A stretch of DNA of 64,000 nt from Gnetum montanum. Lineage: Eukaryota > Plantae > Gnetophyta. The notes under the pieces are model-generated. The model worked only from the letters and a program-made list of their open reading frames with translations, was not told the origin of the DNA and did no database searches. The stretch lies in the NCBI GenBank assembly GCA_015680685.1, contig MNCI01002192.1, positions 189,237 to 253,236 of the forward strand, read 5' to 3'. Of the stretch, positions 49,259 to 63,640 are shown in pieces; the stretch's first letter is position 1, and each line of letters begins with the position of its first letter. The position numbers and the translations under genes were made by a program.

Positions 49259-52200
49259 TGTTGGCGACCGTTTGGGACGCGACCGCCAACGAGTGTCCTC
49301 GAACAGGATTTAGGTGCCTGCTGGTCTCTGGCAACACCAAGGCCCAGATACCTCCAAATAAACTCAGTAGTTAATGTGAGTATGTGTGTGTGCTGTTGCG
49401 GCGTGTGGTTGTGTAAAATGTAACAATTGCGTTGTGTGTGAACTACAAATGACTTACTTTAAAGAGATTCAGCCAACTTTGCCAAGTACTGTGAGTTCTT
49501 GAAAATTTCCTATTTTGTTCAACTGCCTAGTCTACGCGGTCCTTATAATACCTACTTGTAACAAATAAAATTTTGCAAAAACATTTGAGCACAACTCCGC
49601 AATCTACTCCTAATTTTCCCCAGAGAAAGAGATAGTTCCACAAGAAAACTAGAAATAGAGCAAGATTCGATGGAAATAAGCAGAAAAGAAAAGAAAGCAG
49701 ATTTGTGTAGACCTCAAATATTTAAACAAGGTAAAATGACACGAGTAAACACTTCGCAATAAAGCTATCCCAAATTCAATATCTACGAATTGTTCAAACT
49801 TCCAAGGCTCAAACAAGCAATATCTTCAAGACAATCCTATTATGCTACCAAAAATTGCTGCGTAAACTACCACGTACGAGACTCCATTTTGACTAGATAA
49901 TAGATGTCAACGATTGCATTCAAACAGAACCTTTAAAAGACTTGACAATTTCTGATTGAAATACCACGAGAATTCACTTTAAAGATAAAAAGAAGCTATT
50001 CTGGTCCCATCAAAATACCAAAGATTTTCTGAACCCTCTTGACTACTGAATTGTTCAACGGCGTGACTACAAACAGAGGCTCTCTTACAACAATCCCAAT
50101 AGCAGTTCCCACACGTTGCACAATAATGAAATTTACTACTAAAATGCTCTTAAGGCTTTTAAACACAAGCGCTTCTATGGCAAAATTTTAATAGAAATTT
50201 CTATCGGGCAACAAGAACAGTAAGAGCAATCTAAAAATCCCAAAATTACTTGCCAAGGATGATACTATCTAAACCACTAGCTAAACAATTTAAACAAAAC
50301 AAAAAATGAAATACATAACTCACAGGACCATGACAAAGAGGCTGAAATCTTTATTCTAGCAAGCCATCTTGCAAGCAATCTTCTTTACAAATCTTCTTTG
50401 ATCCCAAGTGTGATGTGAGACTTCCTTCCTCCTTTTTTTTAATGATCATCCCCCCAACCTTTTTATAGGGTTCAAAGGTAGGTAGGGAAGTTACAAATTT
50501 AAAAAATATCTCACCTAACTTCTCTCCCAAGTAACTTGGCCAACCAATTAGAAGATTACTTGGCCAACAAGTTGGGAAGATTACTTGCCCAACAAGTTAG
50601 GTAAGTTACAACAATTTTGGGTGGTTGCAACCACCAAAGAGATAAAAAAGGCTATAATTTAGTTATAAATTTTATAGTTAAATAAAAGGGATAATAGCCA
50701 AATGTTTCCTTTCATAAGATATTACATGAATATCTCATAATTGTTCTATCCTTTCCCTTTTAAATCATAAAAATATTTTATTTCATATAGTGATGGGGAT
50801 AGTAACCATGGATTCGATGTATGGGTTGATGTGTTAATATATGTATATATTTGAATGCATAAGTGGAGTTGTAATGTTAATTTGTAGCATCCTTAATGTA
50901 ATCTAATCTAATTGGGAAATTACTTGTAAGTCTTGCTTAGCAAAATATTTAGCTAAAGATTAGAACTTAATCTAGCCTAATTTAATTTAATTTAAGTTCC
51001 TAAGTGTCACTAAGCTCTAAGATTTTATAAAAATCCAACATAATCTTCCTCTCTTATTGGTAGTAGCGGTGGTTAATTTTTATCTTGCATCTGATAATGG
51101 TGATTAAAATTCAGAATAACCCAAAATACGAGCTCGAAGGCAAAGCCACTGATTCTGCAACGGATTCAAAATATCTTCTTTGATCAAACACGTTCCAGCA
51201 ACTGCCTTCATGGGAGAAGACTCTGCCGCCGTATCAGGAAACGTCACCGTGTGTTCCGTCTCGATCAGCAACTATTGTAAACTCTGCTTCTTGAAAATAC
51301 CTGCAAGTTTTGATGTAATTTTTGGCTCTGCAATTTTAGTCGTCCCTCTGTCACAGTGGCCTGTGCTCAGATCGGCAAGCAAATAGGTAACAACTTCAAC
51401 GGCAAAGGCCAGATTGGTTCGGTACCTGTGGTGGATGCAACGATATCAGTAATAACAATGATGGTCATAGATGGTTCTCAGCGCTAAAGGTTTTGGATCT
51501 CTGTTCAACGTCCTTTTTTTTTAATTTCCGTCAGTTGGAGCCATAAAAATGCTGCAAGTGTTGAATAATCAGCAACGCTGCAAGGTCGTTTCAAGTCTTC
51601 AACCAGGGATAGAGCTTTCAGCTTGCGATAGCTCTTGATTCAATTTTAACAGCAACATTTCCATGATCGCACGTGTTTTTTTTAATGCTAAGCTAAATCT
51701 TTGGGCTTGACTGATAATTTTTTTTTGGGGCGGGCTGCTAATTTTCTTTTCTGCGAATGTAGGTGTAAGTGTAGATACTGTTTTAGTTGCCCTTTTCACC
51801 CGCACACAGCGCCCACCGTCTCCGCTGTCTCTATTTCTCCACGTGCCAATTGCTTGCCTTCAGATCTGACCCCTTTGTGTTGAATTTTTTCGTCATTCGT
51901 TCTTGTAATTTGCACGTAGTTCATTCTTGCTCCGTTGGTGGCCATTATTATATTTTTTTTATCTTCTTCATGGCATTTTTCTGCCTCTTCCATGTGCAGG
52001 GCTTTATCGCTAATACAATGGCTAGTTTAACCGCACTTGCCTGTTGCTGTGACCACCGAATCCGACCCTTTGATAATCCGATTTTTGATAATGTATTCAA
52101 TATTAACAGGGGATATATTCTTTAGTAATAAATAATCCCATCCTTAGTTTGTTTTCCCTTTACCCCAATCTTTATGACTTGACATTTTAGCTCTATGTTC

Positions 52201-52345
52201 TAGAACACTTCAACATCAAGATTATTTATCATTGGCTTGCTTCCCAACAACTCACAATATTAAACTGCAAATCTATAACCAGGGATTATGCTCACTTTGA
52301 ACAAAATGTTCCAACTGTTCCATGTAATGGCCAAATGTGCCAACA
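49259..52345 (-). repeat. 5' LTR of element C (3087 bp)
   Basis: Terminal inverted repeat TGTTGGC/GCCAACA; TATA-like CCCTATAAAAAGG at ~50458-50470 (-). Confidence 0.95.
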
Positions 52346-53640
52346 CTTTCCAAGCCCATATATAGACATAATAGAATATTTTCCACTTGGGAAGTGAGGT
52401 AGTAACAACTTATGAGGAATTTTTCAACCCCAAAAAGTTAAAGTATGCAAGATCATAGCTCATGGGCTACTAACCTTAAATTTACAATGAACTTTTACCT
52501 TAAGTTAGATGGTGAAAGTTACAGGTTACAATATGTGTTTTTAAGATGATGTTTTATTGGTCCCTCATTGTTGATGTTTGGAGGATTGACCTAAGAGACA
52601 TCGACAAAGAATACAAAACATCACTATAGGTCCATCATGAGCATTTCCTTTCTATGCTTGATCTTGTAGTGTTGAACCATGCTAAAGAGTCCTTGTAATA
52701 ATGGGATAAGATTATGATGAGGTGATAAAAGTTATTAGTTACATTTGGTCATAAAGAAATGGTCATGAGGGTTAGCAATGAGTTCAAATGTTGACATCAT
52801 GGATATTGTTATGGTGTTGACATGTTGCATAATCAATTGAGACTTCATGCTTCGTGCTTTGAAGTGTTGGTCACTTGGTAATATTTTTGAGGAACAAACA
52901 CATCCCTCCAAGGTTTGTTAGGCTATTAGGAATCTTATTCATTTTCTTCCCCATTTTTTTTCAAGGTGAAACCTTCATTGTATTTTATTGCTAAGACCAA
53001 GCTTGACTTGATTTTCCCATTGAGCAGAATGCATTACACTCAATGGACTTAATGGTTTTCCCATTGGATGAGATGTGTTACATTCAATGGACTTGTAGCT
53101 GGAGCATGACAAAGGAGATGTCAAATGGCCATAATGCATGAGTGTCAAACATAGGTCAATATTTTTTCTTAGGGTAAGAAAGGTTATAAGTAGGCTATGG
53201 GGTTGAGCTCAAAGAATGGTAATAGGAATGAAGTGAAATAAGTACTCTTGTCATGACAGGACAAACTCATCAAACCTTATGCATTGATATCACATGGTAA
53301 CTTTCTGCCATAATGAGTTGCACCTTTGTGATGACTCTAGGCTTCATCCTAAAAGAACAACTCCAAGAGAATAACACAATGAGACAAAGGAATCATGTTG
53401 TCACAATACACTGCATAGGATTACATTAAAGGATCATCTAACCAAGCCACAAAATGTCATAATGATTACACCCAATGACGGATTTGCATCTTGCATTACA
53501 TATGTTACAAAGTTTTTTAGTTCAATTGTTGTCCAAAAAGAAATAGAGAAAAGAAAGTGGGCTTACTTGTTATTGGTCATCATGGTTATGGATGTCAATG
53601 TTGGTACCTACAAAGAAAATGTGTTAGATATAATAAGTTT

Positions 53641-56600
53641 TTAGATAAAATGATTTATCAGATTCGCCAATATATTTCCATCCATTTCTACTATCCAGAA
53701 GGCTCAATTGCTGTAGGTCTTGGTGATCAAGAAAGATCCTTTCCAATTAGCTAAGAACTTGTTTGGATGCTCACATATGGCCTTGAGGACCAAGTCCCCC
53801 TTCTTGATCTTGTTCTTGTTTAGGTTATGGCAATGTTGTTGTTTTTCCCTCTACTGGTATCGCTCAATGTGAGAAAATTTTCATACTTGTTTCTCCTCCA
53901 CCAAGTCCAAGCCACAATACATAGATCCTTATTCTATTCATTGTTGATGATGTCTGATAGGACTACTCCTAATGATGGAAGCTACAATTCAAGAGGTAAA
54001 AAAAACCTTAGTATCATAAACCAGGTTATATGGAGTTACACTGATTGTAGTTCGATAGGTTTTTTGGTAAGCCCAAAGCACATGGATAAGCCACTCATCC
54101 ACGTACATCTACTATTTTTAAACATCTTTCTAAGCAAGTTTATGATGGGCTTGTTGCTAGCTTCAAATTTTCCATTGGCTTTAGGGTAGTACGATGATGA
54201 AAAAAAATGCTTAATGCCTAGGTCATGACAAAATATTTTCATTTCCTAGTTGCTAAATTTTGGTCCATTATCTATGACTGGTTATGGATATGCCAAAATA
54301 GGCTACTATGTTATCAAGTATAAATCTACAAACTTGTTGAGAGAGCATCTTCCTTAGGAGAATAGATTCAACCCACTACGTAAATTAAACATTTGCAATG
54401 ATGTTGAAACTATGTCTTATAAAAGACTTAAGCTTTATGGATCCAATGATATCCAATCCCCACCACTAAAATGGCTAGGTTATCTAAGTAGTTTGTAACT
54501 CAGTTGGTGGCACATGTATCAAGTTACTATGTCATTGAAAAGTGTCACAAGTTTTAACCTTCTTTAGAAAGTCATTTTTCATATAAGACTAGTAATATCC
54601 TAGCCATCTAATCTTAGTAGCCATGGCTCTAGGTCCTATATGTCCTCCACATATACCCTCATGAACTTGCTCAAGGACTGTGTAGACCTCAATTTTGTCC
54701 ATTGACATAATGTATTATTTCCTAAAATGACATATTTTTTTAACAATTTACATATGATTTCCTTTTGAGAAGTAGTCAGACCATGTGGAGATTCATCATG
54801 CATAAGGTAAAACTTGATATCATGATACCATTCCCTTGGAGGGGCAATACTGATAGAGGATATAAAGCTATTTTTAGCATTCTACATTATGAGAATAACA
54901 CAATCCATAATTAAGAAATGTAAATTGCTAAATACATCAAGCATAACACTAAGAGCTAAGGGCACAATGACATCAACTAGTATGTTCTCAATTCATGGTA
55001 CATGTTGGATATCAATGTCTATGAATTGTTGCATCATTTTCTTACCTAGGTCATAGTAAGGATATAAATGTTGGGCTTTAAATACATAAAACTTGGTTAC
55101 TTGGTTGAACACAAGTTATGAACCACCTTTGATCATTAAGTATTTGGTTCATAGGTCATGAGCTACCATCATTCCTCTAATCAATCCTTCATACTTTACT
55201 ACATTGTTGGTACATGGGAATTCAAAATGGTAAGTGAAGGATTGGAATTCACCATATGAAAATGTTATGATGGTAGTAGCACTAGCCCCATGAGTTGTTT
55301 TAGCTCTATGAAAGTGCATGACCACCTCATAGCCATTAAGTGCATTGCTAATAATGTTAATGTGCTCATCTAAGAATTTGAAGTCTATGGCTGCATGGTC
55401 TTCTACATGTGAAATAGTAGGCTGTGTGGCTATAGCTTGACCTTTCATTGATTCTTGAGAAATTTAATGAAGGTAAAATTTATCTATTATGGATTTCCGA
55501 TAGGATATATGACTACTTTTATAAATGTTGGTCATTATGGCTCGAAGTACATTGTCTTTGCAAATGATGCTAACCTAGCTTCCAAAAAGGTAATGTTACC
55601 ACTCCTTTAGTGAGGAGACTAAGGCTAGAAAATACTTCTCTACTTTAGTGTATATGGCCTCATCAGCAATTGGTGCATGGCTTAAGTAGTATACAGGTAA
55701 CTCTACTTCATCATATCATTTCTAATAGAGTAGAGAGGCAATAGATGTGTCAGAGCTAGCAAGGTAGATGTAGAAAGGCTTATCCTCTTATAGAGGATAA
55801 ACTATTGGTAGTTTTCCTAGCTCTTAATTAAGGTTTTCAAATGCTTCTTGGCATTGAATCCTCCACTCATAGTGAATTTCTTTCTTAAGCAAGTATTGCA
55901 TGTATTGTAACTTATCCATAAGTCTAGCGATAAACCTACAAATAAATTGTAATCTACCTTATAATCCTCAAAGCTTTTTAAGGTTAGATGGTGCTGCTAA
56001 GTTTGATATGGCTTAAACCTTATCAGGATTGACATGTATTTCCTCTTTGGATATTATAAAGCCAATAATCGTACAAGTTTTGATGTAAAAAATACACTTC
56101 TTAGGATTAAGCAAAAGCTTGTATTTGAGACATCATTTAAGCACAAGGCCAAATTCATGGACATGATTATATGCCACTTTGGACTTAATGGCTATATCAT
56201 CTATGTAGTCATTGAGCAATCCTAGCATATAGTCAGTAAAGATGTATGTCATAGCTCTCTAGGAGGTTGCTCCTGAATTCTTTAGGCCAAAGAGCATTAG
56301 TGTATAGGAAAAGGTACCCCAAGGGGTCATGAAGGTCATACTAAGTTGATGTTCTAGGTTAATCCTAATTTGGTTGTATCTTGAGAACCAATCCATGAAG
56401 GATAATAAGGCATGCCTAGCCACAGTATTGATAAGTTGGTCAATACTAGGCAAAGGGAAATCATCCTTGATGGTTTCATTATTTAGGTCTTAAAAATCCA
56501 TATAAATATGTATACTCCAATTTTTCTTAGGGACTACCACTATGTTGGATACCCATTTTGTGTAACTGACAACTCTAATGAAACTATCTTGGTATAGTTT

Positions 56601-57072
56601 TGTGATCTCATCATGAACTACCAAAGGCTAAATCTAGCCTAAACTTGTGAAAATTTTACTTAACTTGTCTAATGCTAGGATCAGGTATGATGCTATGTTG
56701 GACTAAACATGGGTCAAGACCTAGCATATCTTCATATGATTAGGAAAAGACCTTAATGTTGTCTTGGAGGACTTCAGTGATTCCTTGAGCCTACTAAGGT
56801 GCTAGCAAGAAACTTAATTTGAGGGTTTTCTCCTCACCACTATGTGTTGTGACAAGAACCTCAACTAGAGAGTCTTTGGTAATGTCACTAGCCTCTAGGT
56901 TGAGGGTTTTGACTAAAATTTTAGGCCACTTTAAAGGTTTATTTATTGAGACTATGTGGTTGAAAAGACTCTCAGGCTTAAGATCTAGGAAATTAAGGTC
57001 AATACATTGTTCAACATCACCATGAGGTCTACTTAGGCTCAATGGTAAACTGATTTTCTTACAAATGTCCAT
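53641..57072 (-). pseudogene. pol: pol (RT-RH-aRH-INT) of element D
   Basis: LLSFMDWFSRYNQIRIN, PCTNNVVKYEGL and YYPKANGKFEASNK motifs; many stops. Confidence 0.9.
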
Positions 57073-57819
57073 ACTCCAATCCTACATATCCACCATAAGC
57101 ACCTTAAGTGGCACTTGGGTAAAATAAGAAAATAATGCAAAAATGATTTAAAATATGCTAGCAATACGCATGGATTAATCAAAAAATTCTATTTCATGGT
57201 CAAACAAGATGCAAATAAGGCTAATAAAGGCTATAAGATGTAGGTGAAGACAAATAAGATGAAAGAAAGACCACATGAGGTTAAATAAAGGCTAAACAAG
57301 GTAAAAAAATTGAAGCATAATGAAAGTAGGAAACATAGGTCAAATGCAATCACCTATGGTTACACTTAGTCAATTTTAGACCTTAGCAGGCCTTGTTGCT
57401 AGTTTAAGGCCCTAGTGGGCCATGGTTATATGGTGTCAAATTATGGTCAAGTATGGTCAAACCCCACCATCTAACACTAATCAAAGGCTAAAAAAGATCA
57501 AAAAAGGCCACAAGATAGAGAATAAGGTAGATATGGTGAAACTAGAGCGAGGTAAAGTCGAATGAGGCCAACTGATGCTAATAAATATCAACAATGCATA
57601 GCAAGGCCAAAATAAGTCAAAAAACCATGAAACAATGTCAAATCAATCATGGTGAAAAACATGGAATTAAAGAATATCCACATTGGTCAAACAAGGTTTG
57701 ATTTGCCATTTTAAGACCTTAACAGACCGTAGTAGAGGTCTACAAGGCTATCAAAAGAGTTTGGTCACATGGTGGCATTGTTTTAGGGCTATTTGAAAGC
57801 AAAACTAATACCTTTTGAT

Positions 57820-60015
57820 GTGACTATGCTAGGCTCTATTAGTGACTACATTGGCCAGCATAGTTAGACTAGGCCGTAGCATAATTGACATCAATAGGTG
57901 GTTTCCCAAGTTCATCATGACCAATTTTGGATTTTAGATGGTTAGTATGGGCAAAACTGTAGATTGAGATTGAAGATGGATGGATTTTGGACTCCATTTT
58001 CACCCCCTTGGATGTTGGAAATGGGGTTAACATTGGTGACTACATTGGAACTACACTAGCTAGCATAGTCTAGGCCACCTCAAATGTAGTTGCATGAGAA
58101 AAATATGTTTAGGAGGCTTTAGAGTTGCTACTGGTGTTTTGTCATATTCCTAGGGTAATGTAGGACTTTGAAAGATCTGAATGGGCTTCTTGGAGGCTAA
58201 AACAAGATTTTGAAAGTGAGATCTTGTATCAACACCTCATGATGTTGGTCATCATAATTAAGGGTTGTCTCAACGTAGGCAAACCAAAATCTAGATTTTC
58301 CATGATTTAGAAAATTCAATTGCAAGTGGCTTCATGGTTTTAGGGCCTAAACTTCTAGCATTAAGTTTTAATCTATTTTTTTTGCTACTGTAATGATCAA
58401 GACATCTTGAAGCATGGAGTACACTGGGACAATGATGGCTAATGTAGTCATAGGGTTTCCTTAGCATAGTCACATGAAAGCTAGTCTTCCCATGATCAAA
58501 ACAATGCAAAATCATCACTAGGCTATGTCAATTAGGGTTTTAGGTGTCTTAAATTACATTCTTGGCCATTTGAGATGTTAACACACTAATTTCAAGAATT
58601 CCCAGCCATGAATACATTGGGACTATGTTGGCCAACATAGTCATGGCTTGTTCCAATGTAGTCATGTTCAAAATATAGATTTTGGCATGTTTCTATGGTA
58701 AATTGACTAGTTTCATGGGTTCCTAGCATTTTTGGTACTTCTGGTCAGGGTTCTAACTCAATATGGATGATTCCCGAGGTTATTGAGGCTTTGAAATGAC
58801 CATTTCCTACTATGACTATGCTAGCCAACATCGTTGAGCCTAGCGTTAGCATAGTTGGAATGGATCTAGTTTTTTCAAGGTCAGAACAAGATGAATTTGC
58901 AATTTGGTGAGGCTATACAAGGTTTTGGGTTTCCAATCTATGTTTTGGATTGTTTTCAGTGTCAAATCACTAGTCAAATCAACCTTAGATCATGGCCACA
59001 CTAGGACTACATTAGCTAGCATAGTCTAGGCTTGCTCCAACATAGTCACAACATGGATTTTAAATTTTGGTGCAATTCTATGATCTATTGATTGAATTTT
59101 TGAGTTCTAATGTCATTAATATTAGAAATTAGGGTTTCATGCTTGAAATTATCAATTTTGATGGTTAATTTAATTTCATAATGATCAAACACCATTGGAC
59201 TACACTAGCCAACATATTCACAATTGGTTATGTGGAATGTATGATGACTTTTGGCTATTTTTGATTGAGATTATAGTGTTTATAGGTCTCTAGGATATTC
59301 AACAAGGTTTTGGGATTGGTCTGGTGTTTCCAGAAGTTGTTTTGACAAGTTTGAATCCCATTTTGGTGTTTTGGAAGTGTGACTATGCTAGGACTACATT
59401 GGCCAACATAATCACAAGCCTCCTGAATGTAGTCACATAATGAAAATGAAATTTGGCTTATTTATAATTCATAGTTTGTCAATGCAAGGTTACCAAATGT
59501 CCTAGAGAAGTTTGGAGATCAAAATATGGTAATTCAGAGTCTTTTTATTTATGTTTGTCAATCCACCCTAATCCAACTATGCTAGGACTACATTGGTTAG
59601 CATACTTAGGGTTACGTCCAGTGTAGTTTATAGTGTGAAATGGAATTTTACTAGTTTGGATCATTAGTTTACTATTTCAAGGCTACCAAAGGTTCTACAA
59701 TGAAGCTGATGCAAAAATGTGTTAGTTGGAACTTAATTTTAGGTAATTAATGGTTATTTCTTACTCAACCTCTAGTGACTCTATTAGCCAATGTAGTTGA
59801 GGTCTCCCACAGTGTATTCAATGCAATAAAATTGGGTTTTGATGGTTTTTGATAGGTATCATGCAATCTTGACACTATTGAAGGTCTTGGATAGGGTTTA
59901 GTGCATGGTGTTTCCATTCTAGAGTCAATTTGGATTTTAGTTGATGTTTGGAAACCTCTTCCAATTGGTGACTAAGCTACCTAGTGTATTCAACCTATTG
60001 GTCAGTGTAGTTGCC
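57820..60015. repeat. ~192-bp-period array of palindromes GACTAYRYTRGCYARYRTAGTY (12 units)
   Basis: Centres at 57853, 58058, 58247, 58437, 58630, 58823, 59014, 59207, 59401, 59595, 59786 and 59979. Confidence 0.82.
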
Positions 60016-62318
60016 ACAAATGACATGTTTTGGAATCGGTTTCTACCTACCTCATTGTCTGGTTTCCATCAATGTCAACAACTAGTTTCCTATTTTGGAC
60101 ATAAGGTTTCATGACATGGATGGATAGTTTGGAGGTTAGTTGAGGTAGTAATTGGATTTTGAAATTTATTTCAAGGCTTCTAGGTGCTTGAAACTTAGCG
60201 TAGTCATCCTAAGAAGTTGAAAATCCAAGCATATTAGGATTTTCATTAGCTTTCTTCCTAGGTTCCTAATGGGGTCCACCTTAAATTTAATTTTTTTATG
60301 CATTAGTTTTCCACTCACCTAGAATAATCACACTTATTAATTTTCATCATTGAGTTCAATGACACTTGGAAGAGTGTTTTGGAAAACCAAGGATTTCCAA
60401 GGAGCTGCATAAGTTTGAGATTAGTTTTCAAAAAACAACTTTACACAAATCATTCTCTTCTTACCACTCTCAAGCTTCAACACCTTGGATCAAAGCTTGG
60501 CACCTAATTTAGCACCTACAACCTTCATCCCCAACATAATTGAGCTTTTCTACATAAGGATGCTAGTGTAGTTGCTTCAGAAGGCTCAAGAACTCAAAGA
60601 TTTTAGCTACTCCTATGTTGGTTGCACCATGTCGAAGAGAAGAGCTTCCATCACCAAGAATCCTATCATTGAAAAGGTTGATGCTACTATCCAAGGCCTC
60701 TATAGTCTACCACAATTGCTTTTTTTTGAAATCTCCATCACCATGATGCCCACATACATAAGTTCTAAACCTTTTGCTTGGAATTTTCCTTTGGAACCTT
60801 GGCATTTTTGGTTATAAGGCTTTGTGTGGTGGTTAATTTTGAATTTTGTAATAATCCTACTTTAAATCTAGGAATTTTATGGGTTTTTGGTGTTTTTTTT
60901 TGTTGTGGAACTAGTTTGTGTCAAATTGAAAAATTATTTATGCTATTTTTGGACATTTTGTGGGTTTTGGATAAAAAACGCAACATCAATTTTGGATTTT
61001 CTCCTATTCAAATGGTTTGGATTTTTTTATTTTTGTGACCATATGGTTTTAGTACTATATTTAATGGTCAAGTGGAATTTTAAACCACATAATTATTATT
61101 TACAGTTAACTCTCTACAAATTTTTGCATAAGACAATGCAAAGTGGGTTTCCAATTTTGGTCATTTTTTACATGGTACATTCATGTTGTTTCACTTCATA
61201 ATGGTTAAGAATTTTTTAGTTTTAAGGTTTTTGGTTTTTAGTATTTTTTTAAAGGATTCAAAAAACTATGGAATCATTGAATTTAGATGTGTAGTTACTT
61301 TTTGGACAATTTTTTCCTATACTCACATAAAATGGGATTTTGTTGTTATGGTCTGGTTCATGTCACTTTGACAACGTTTCTTGCAAAAATGGATGGAAAT
61401 TTTTATGGTTTCTACTTTTGATCTTTTAGCTTATGGTTTAAGAATTCCAATAGCTATGAAACCACTAAATTTGGTTACATGGTTAAGTTTTAAAGAATTT
61501 TTTGAAGAACTAGTGTCAAAGCATTATCTTCTAGTTATGTTTTACCCATGTGAAGATGGGTAGTGTTGGCATGTTAGAAACTTTTTCCAGCCAACGTCCC
61601 ATGGTCTTGGGTATGCCTTAGTATGTTAGAAAGGGGTTGGAAGTGGTTTAAGCTAAGTTAAAATATGTTTGATATTTTTTATGGGCTATTTACTATGGCC
61701 ATTTTCCATAGTTTTGGTGTTGTTGTGAAGTTTTTGGTTGAATGTTATCATAATTTTGGTTGGTGTTTTAAATTTTTTTAAAGCTTGAAATGCTACTGTA
61801 GTTACCTAATCCTATTGAATTTCGATGCCCAAACAATTTCTAGCATTAAAAAAATTTTAGTTATAATTTGTCATTTTCATATTGGTGTAAATTGTTTTGT
61901 ATAGTTGTAGTTTTGGTAATGAAAATTGCAAATGTCCTTGTATGTACATGTAGCATTGCTGTTGGTGTTGGTGTTGAGTTTAATAGTTTACAAATTTTTC
62001 TACATGTTGTTTTTTTTTAGTTTTAAATAGTCATTCTAAACTTTTAGCAAATTTTAACTAGGCCTTCTACAGTTTTTACTATGGCTAATTTCACCATTAA
62101 CTAGGATGCTTAGTAAAAGTATGAAAAGTTCAAGTTGGTGTTTTGACTATTGTACTTGATATAAACTAGTTTTAGTTTATGCACATTTTGATGTTTTCAC
62201 ATAAATATTTTATACTTTTATGCATATTTTAGCATAAAAATTTCCATTAGTTATTGGTAGGCCAATTGGTTGTACATGGTTTTTAGATGGATTGGCTTGA
62301 AGTGACAACATTGACATC

Positions 62319-63618
62319 TGAAACCCCACAAAATTTCAAGTCTTAGCATTGCGACTACAAATTTGGCTAAGTGTCAAAATGATGGCACTTTCAGCGTAGC
62401 ACCATGTTACACTATGCATCATAGTGTAGCATAGCACCATGTCACGCTATGTAGTGTAGCATAGTGTAGCATAGTTTTTAAGCTATACAGTGTAGCTAGC
62501 TTGACCCTACAAGTGTTCCATGTCCCACATGTATCATGGGATGAGCATAAGCATGGTCCCATCCACCGCACTGCCACATGGCACCTAATCCACATTTTGG
62601 ACTAACCCTAGCCCTATGAATATCCTGGGAACCCAAGAGTTACATTCCTAGACCATTGGCATTCCCCAAGGGTTAGCATTCCATGACTATTGGCATTCCC
62701 CAATGGTTACATTCCTTGACCATTGGAATTCCCCAAGGGTTGGCATTCCTTAACTGCTGGCATTTTCCAGCGATTACATTCCTTAACCATTGGCATTCCC
62801 CAAGGGTTAGCATTCCTCGACTGTTGGCATTCCCCAACGATTACATTCCTTGACCATTAGCATTCCCCAAGGGTTGGCATTCCTTAACTGTTGGAATTTC
62901 CTAGCAATTACATTCCTTGACCATTGGAACTCCTCAAGGGTTGGCATTCCTTAACTGTTGGCATTCCCAAGTGGTTGACATTCCTTGGATGTGAGCATAT
63001 TTTAAGCACTTGGCATTTGGCATTTTGGGCATCTTGGCACTAAGCTCCATGGGAAAACGAGACCCAGAGCATACCATACTAGCAAGGAGGTATAGTTGCA
63101 CATCATAGCCCCCTATAGCCCTATTGTAGCCCTACAAAACATTGCACGGTACATCCCGATGGCCAACCTGGTAGGCACAGTTCATCACGACGAGTACCAG
63201 ACTTCACGACCCAATGCCACGAAGGCTATGACTATGCTCCTACTATGCCTATGGTACATTGTGTATACCTTTGTGAATTAACCACACTCCCTCTTTTGGA
63301 AAGTTGCATTTCCTTACCCAAATTCTCATTCTATTTTGTCATAACATATATTTTGCATTATTAAGTATTGATTCACATTCATTGTCCTGGTTACGTATGT
63401 CGCTATGCTTCTCTAATTCCAACCTCCATGTGTTACATTCTAAATTCATTATTTGTAAATGGTTATTGTACACCACATAAGTCCTTGTTTGATTGACCAG
63501 ACTCTTTAGGGCATCCCATTTCCATTTTCCCTAGCATGGCCCTTGCATGGATTAGGGGTTAGGCTGTGCACCTAATAACCTTTCAGTGTTCCAACCACTG
63601 ACATTTTCGAATGCTACA
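62319..63618 (+). repeat. 5' LTR of element E (family related to A)
   Basis: TGAAACCCCACAAAATTTCAAG...ACATTTTCGAATGCTACA; ends homologous to 6532-8345; followed by a PBS. Confidence 0.8.
62640..62985 (+). repeat. 67-bp (34+33) tandem repeat inside LTR E, ~5 copies
   Basis: TACATTCC at 62641, 62708, 62775, 62842 and 62909; built from TTGGCATTCC submotifs. Confidence 0.92.
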
Positions 63619-63623
63619 GTTTT

Positions 63624-63640
63624 TGGAATTAGAAGGAGGA
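63624..63640 (+). promoter_or_regulatory. Decayed tRNA-Asn-type PBS of element E
   Basis: TGGAATTAGAAGGAGG versus TGGCGCTAGAAGGAGG, a few nt after the LTR end. Confidence 0.6.

Larger units (their letters stand above)
39970..52345 (-). mobile_element. Full-length Tat LTR retrotransposon C, GAG-PR-aRH-RT-RH-INT order (TatI/TatII-like)
   Basis: TG...CA LTRs, TSD CTTTC (39965-39969 and 52346-52350), PBS, PPT and gag-pol. Confidence 0.95.
39377..62318 (-). mobile_element. Tat-lineage element D (relative of B), with its 3' LTR split by C and its spacer interrupted by E
   Basis: pol at 53641-57072 (-), PPT/hairpin at ~52557-52610, LTR pieces 52351-52556 and ~39377-39969 homologous to the LTR of B. 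Confidence 0.7.

Noticed and set aside
60778-61563. Hydrophobic ORFs as membrane or env proteins
   Set aside because: T-rich intron-like sequence producing spurious F/L/V-rich frames.
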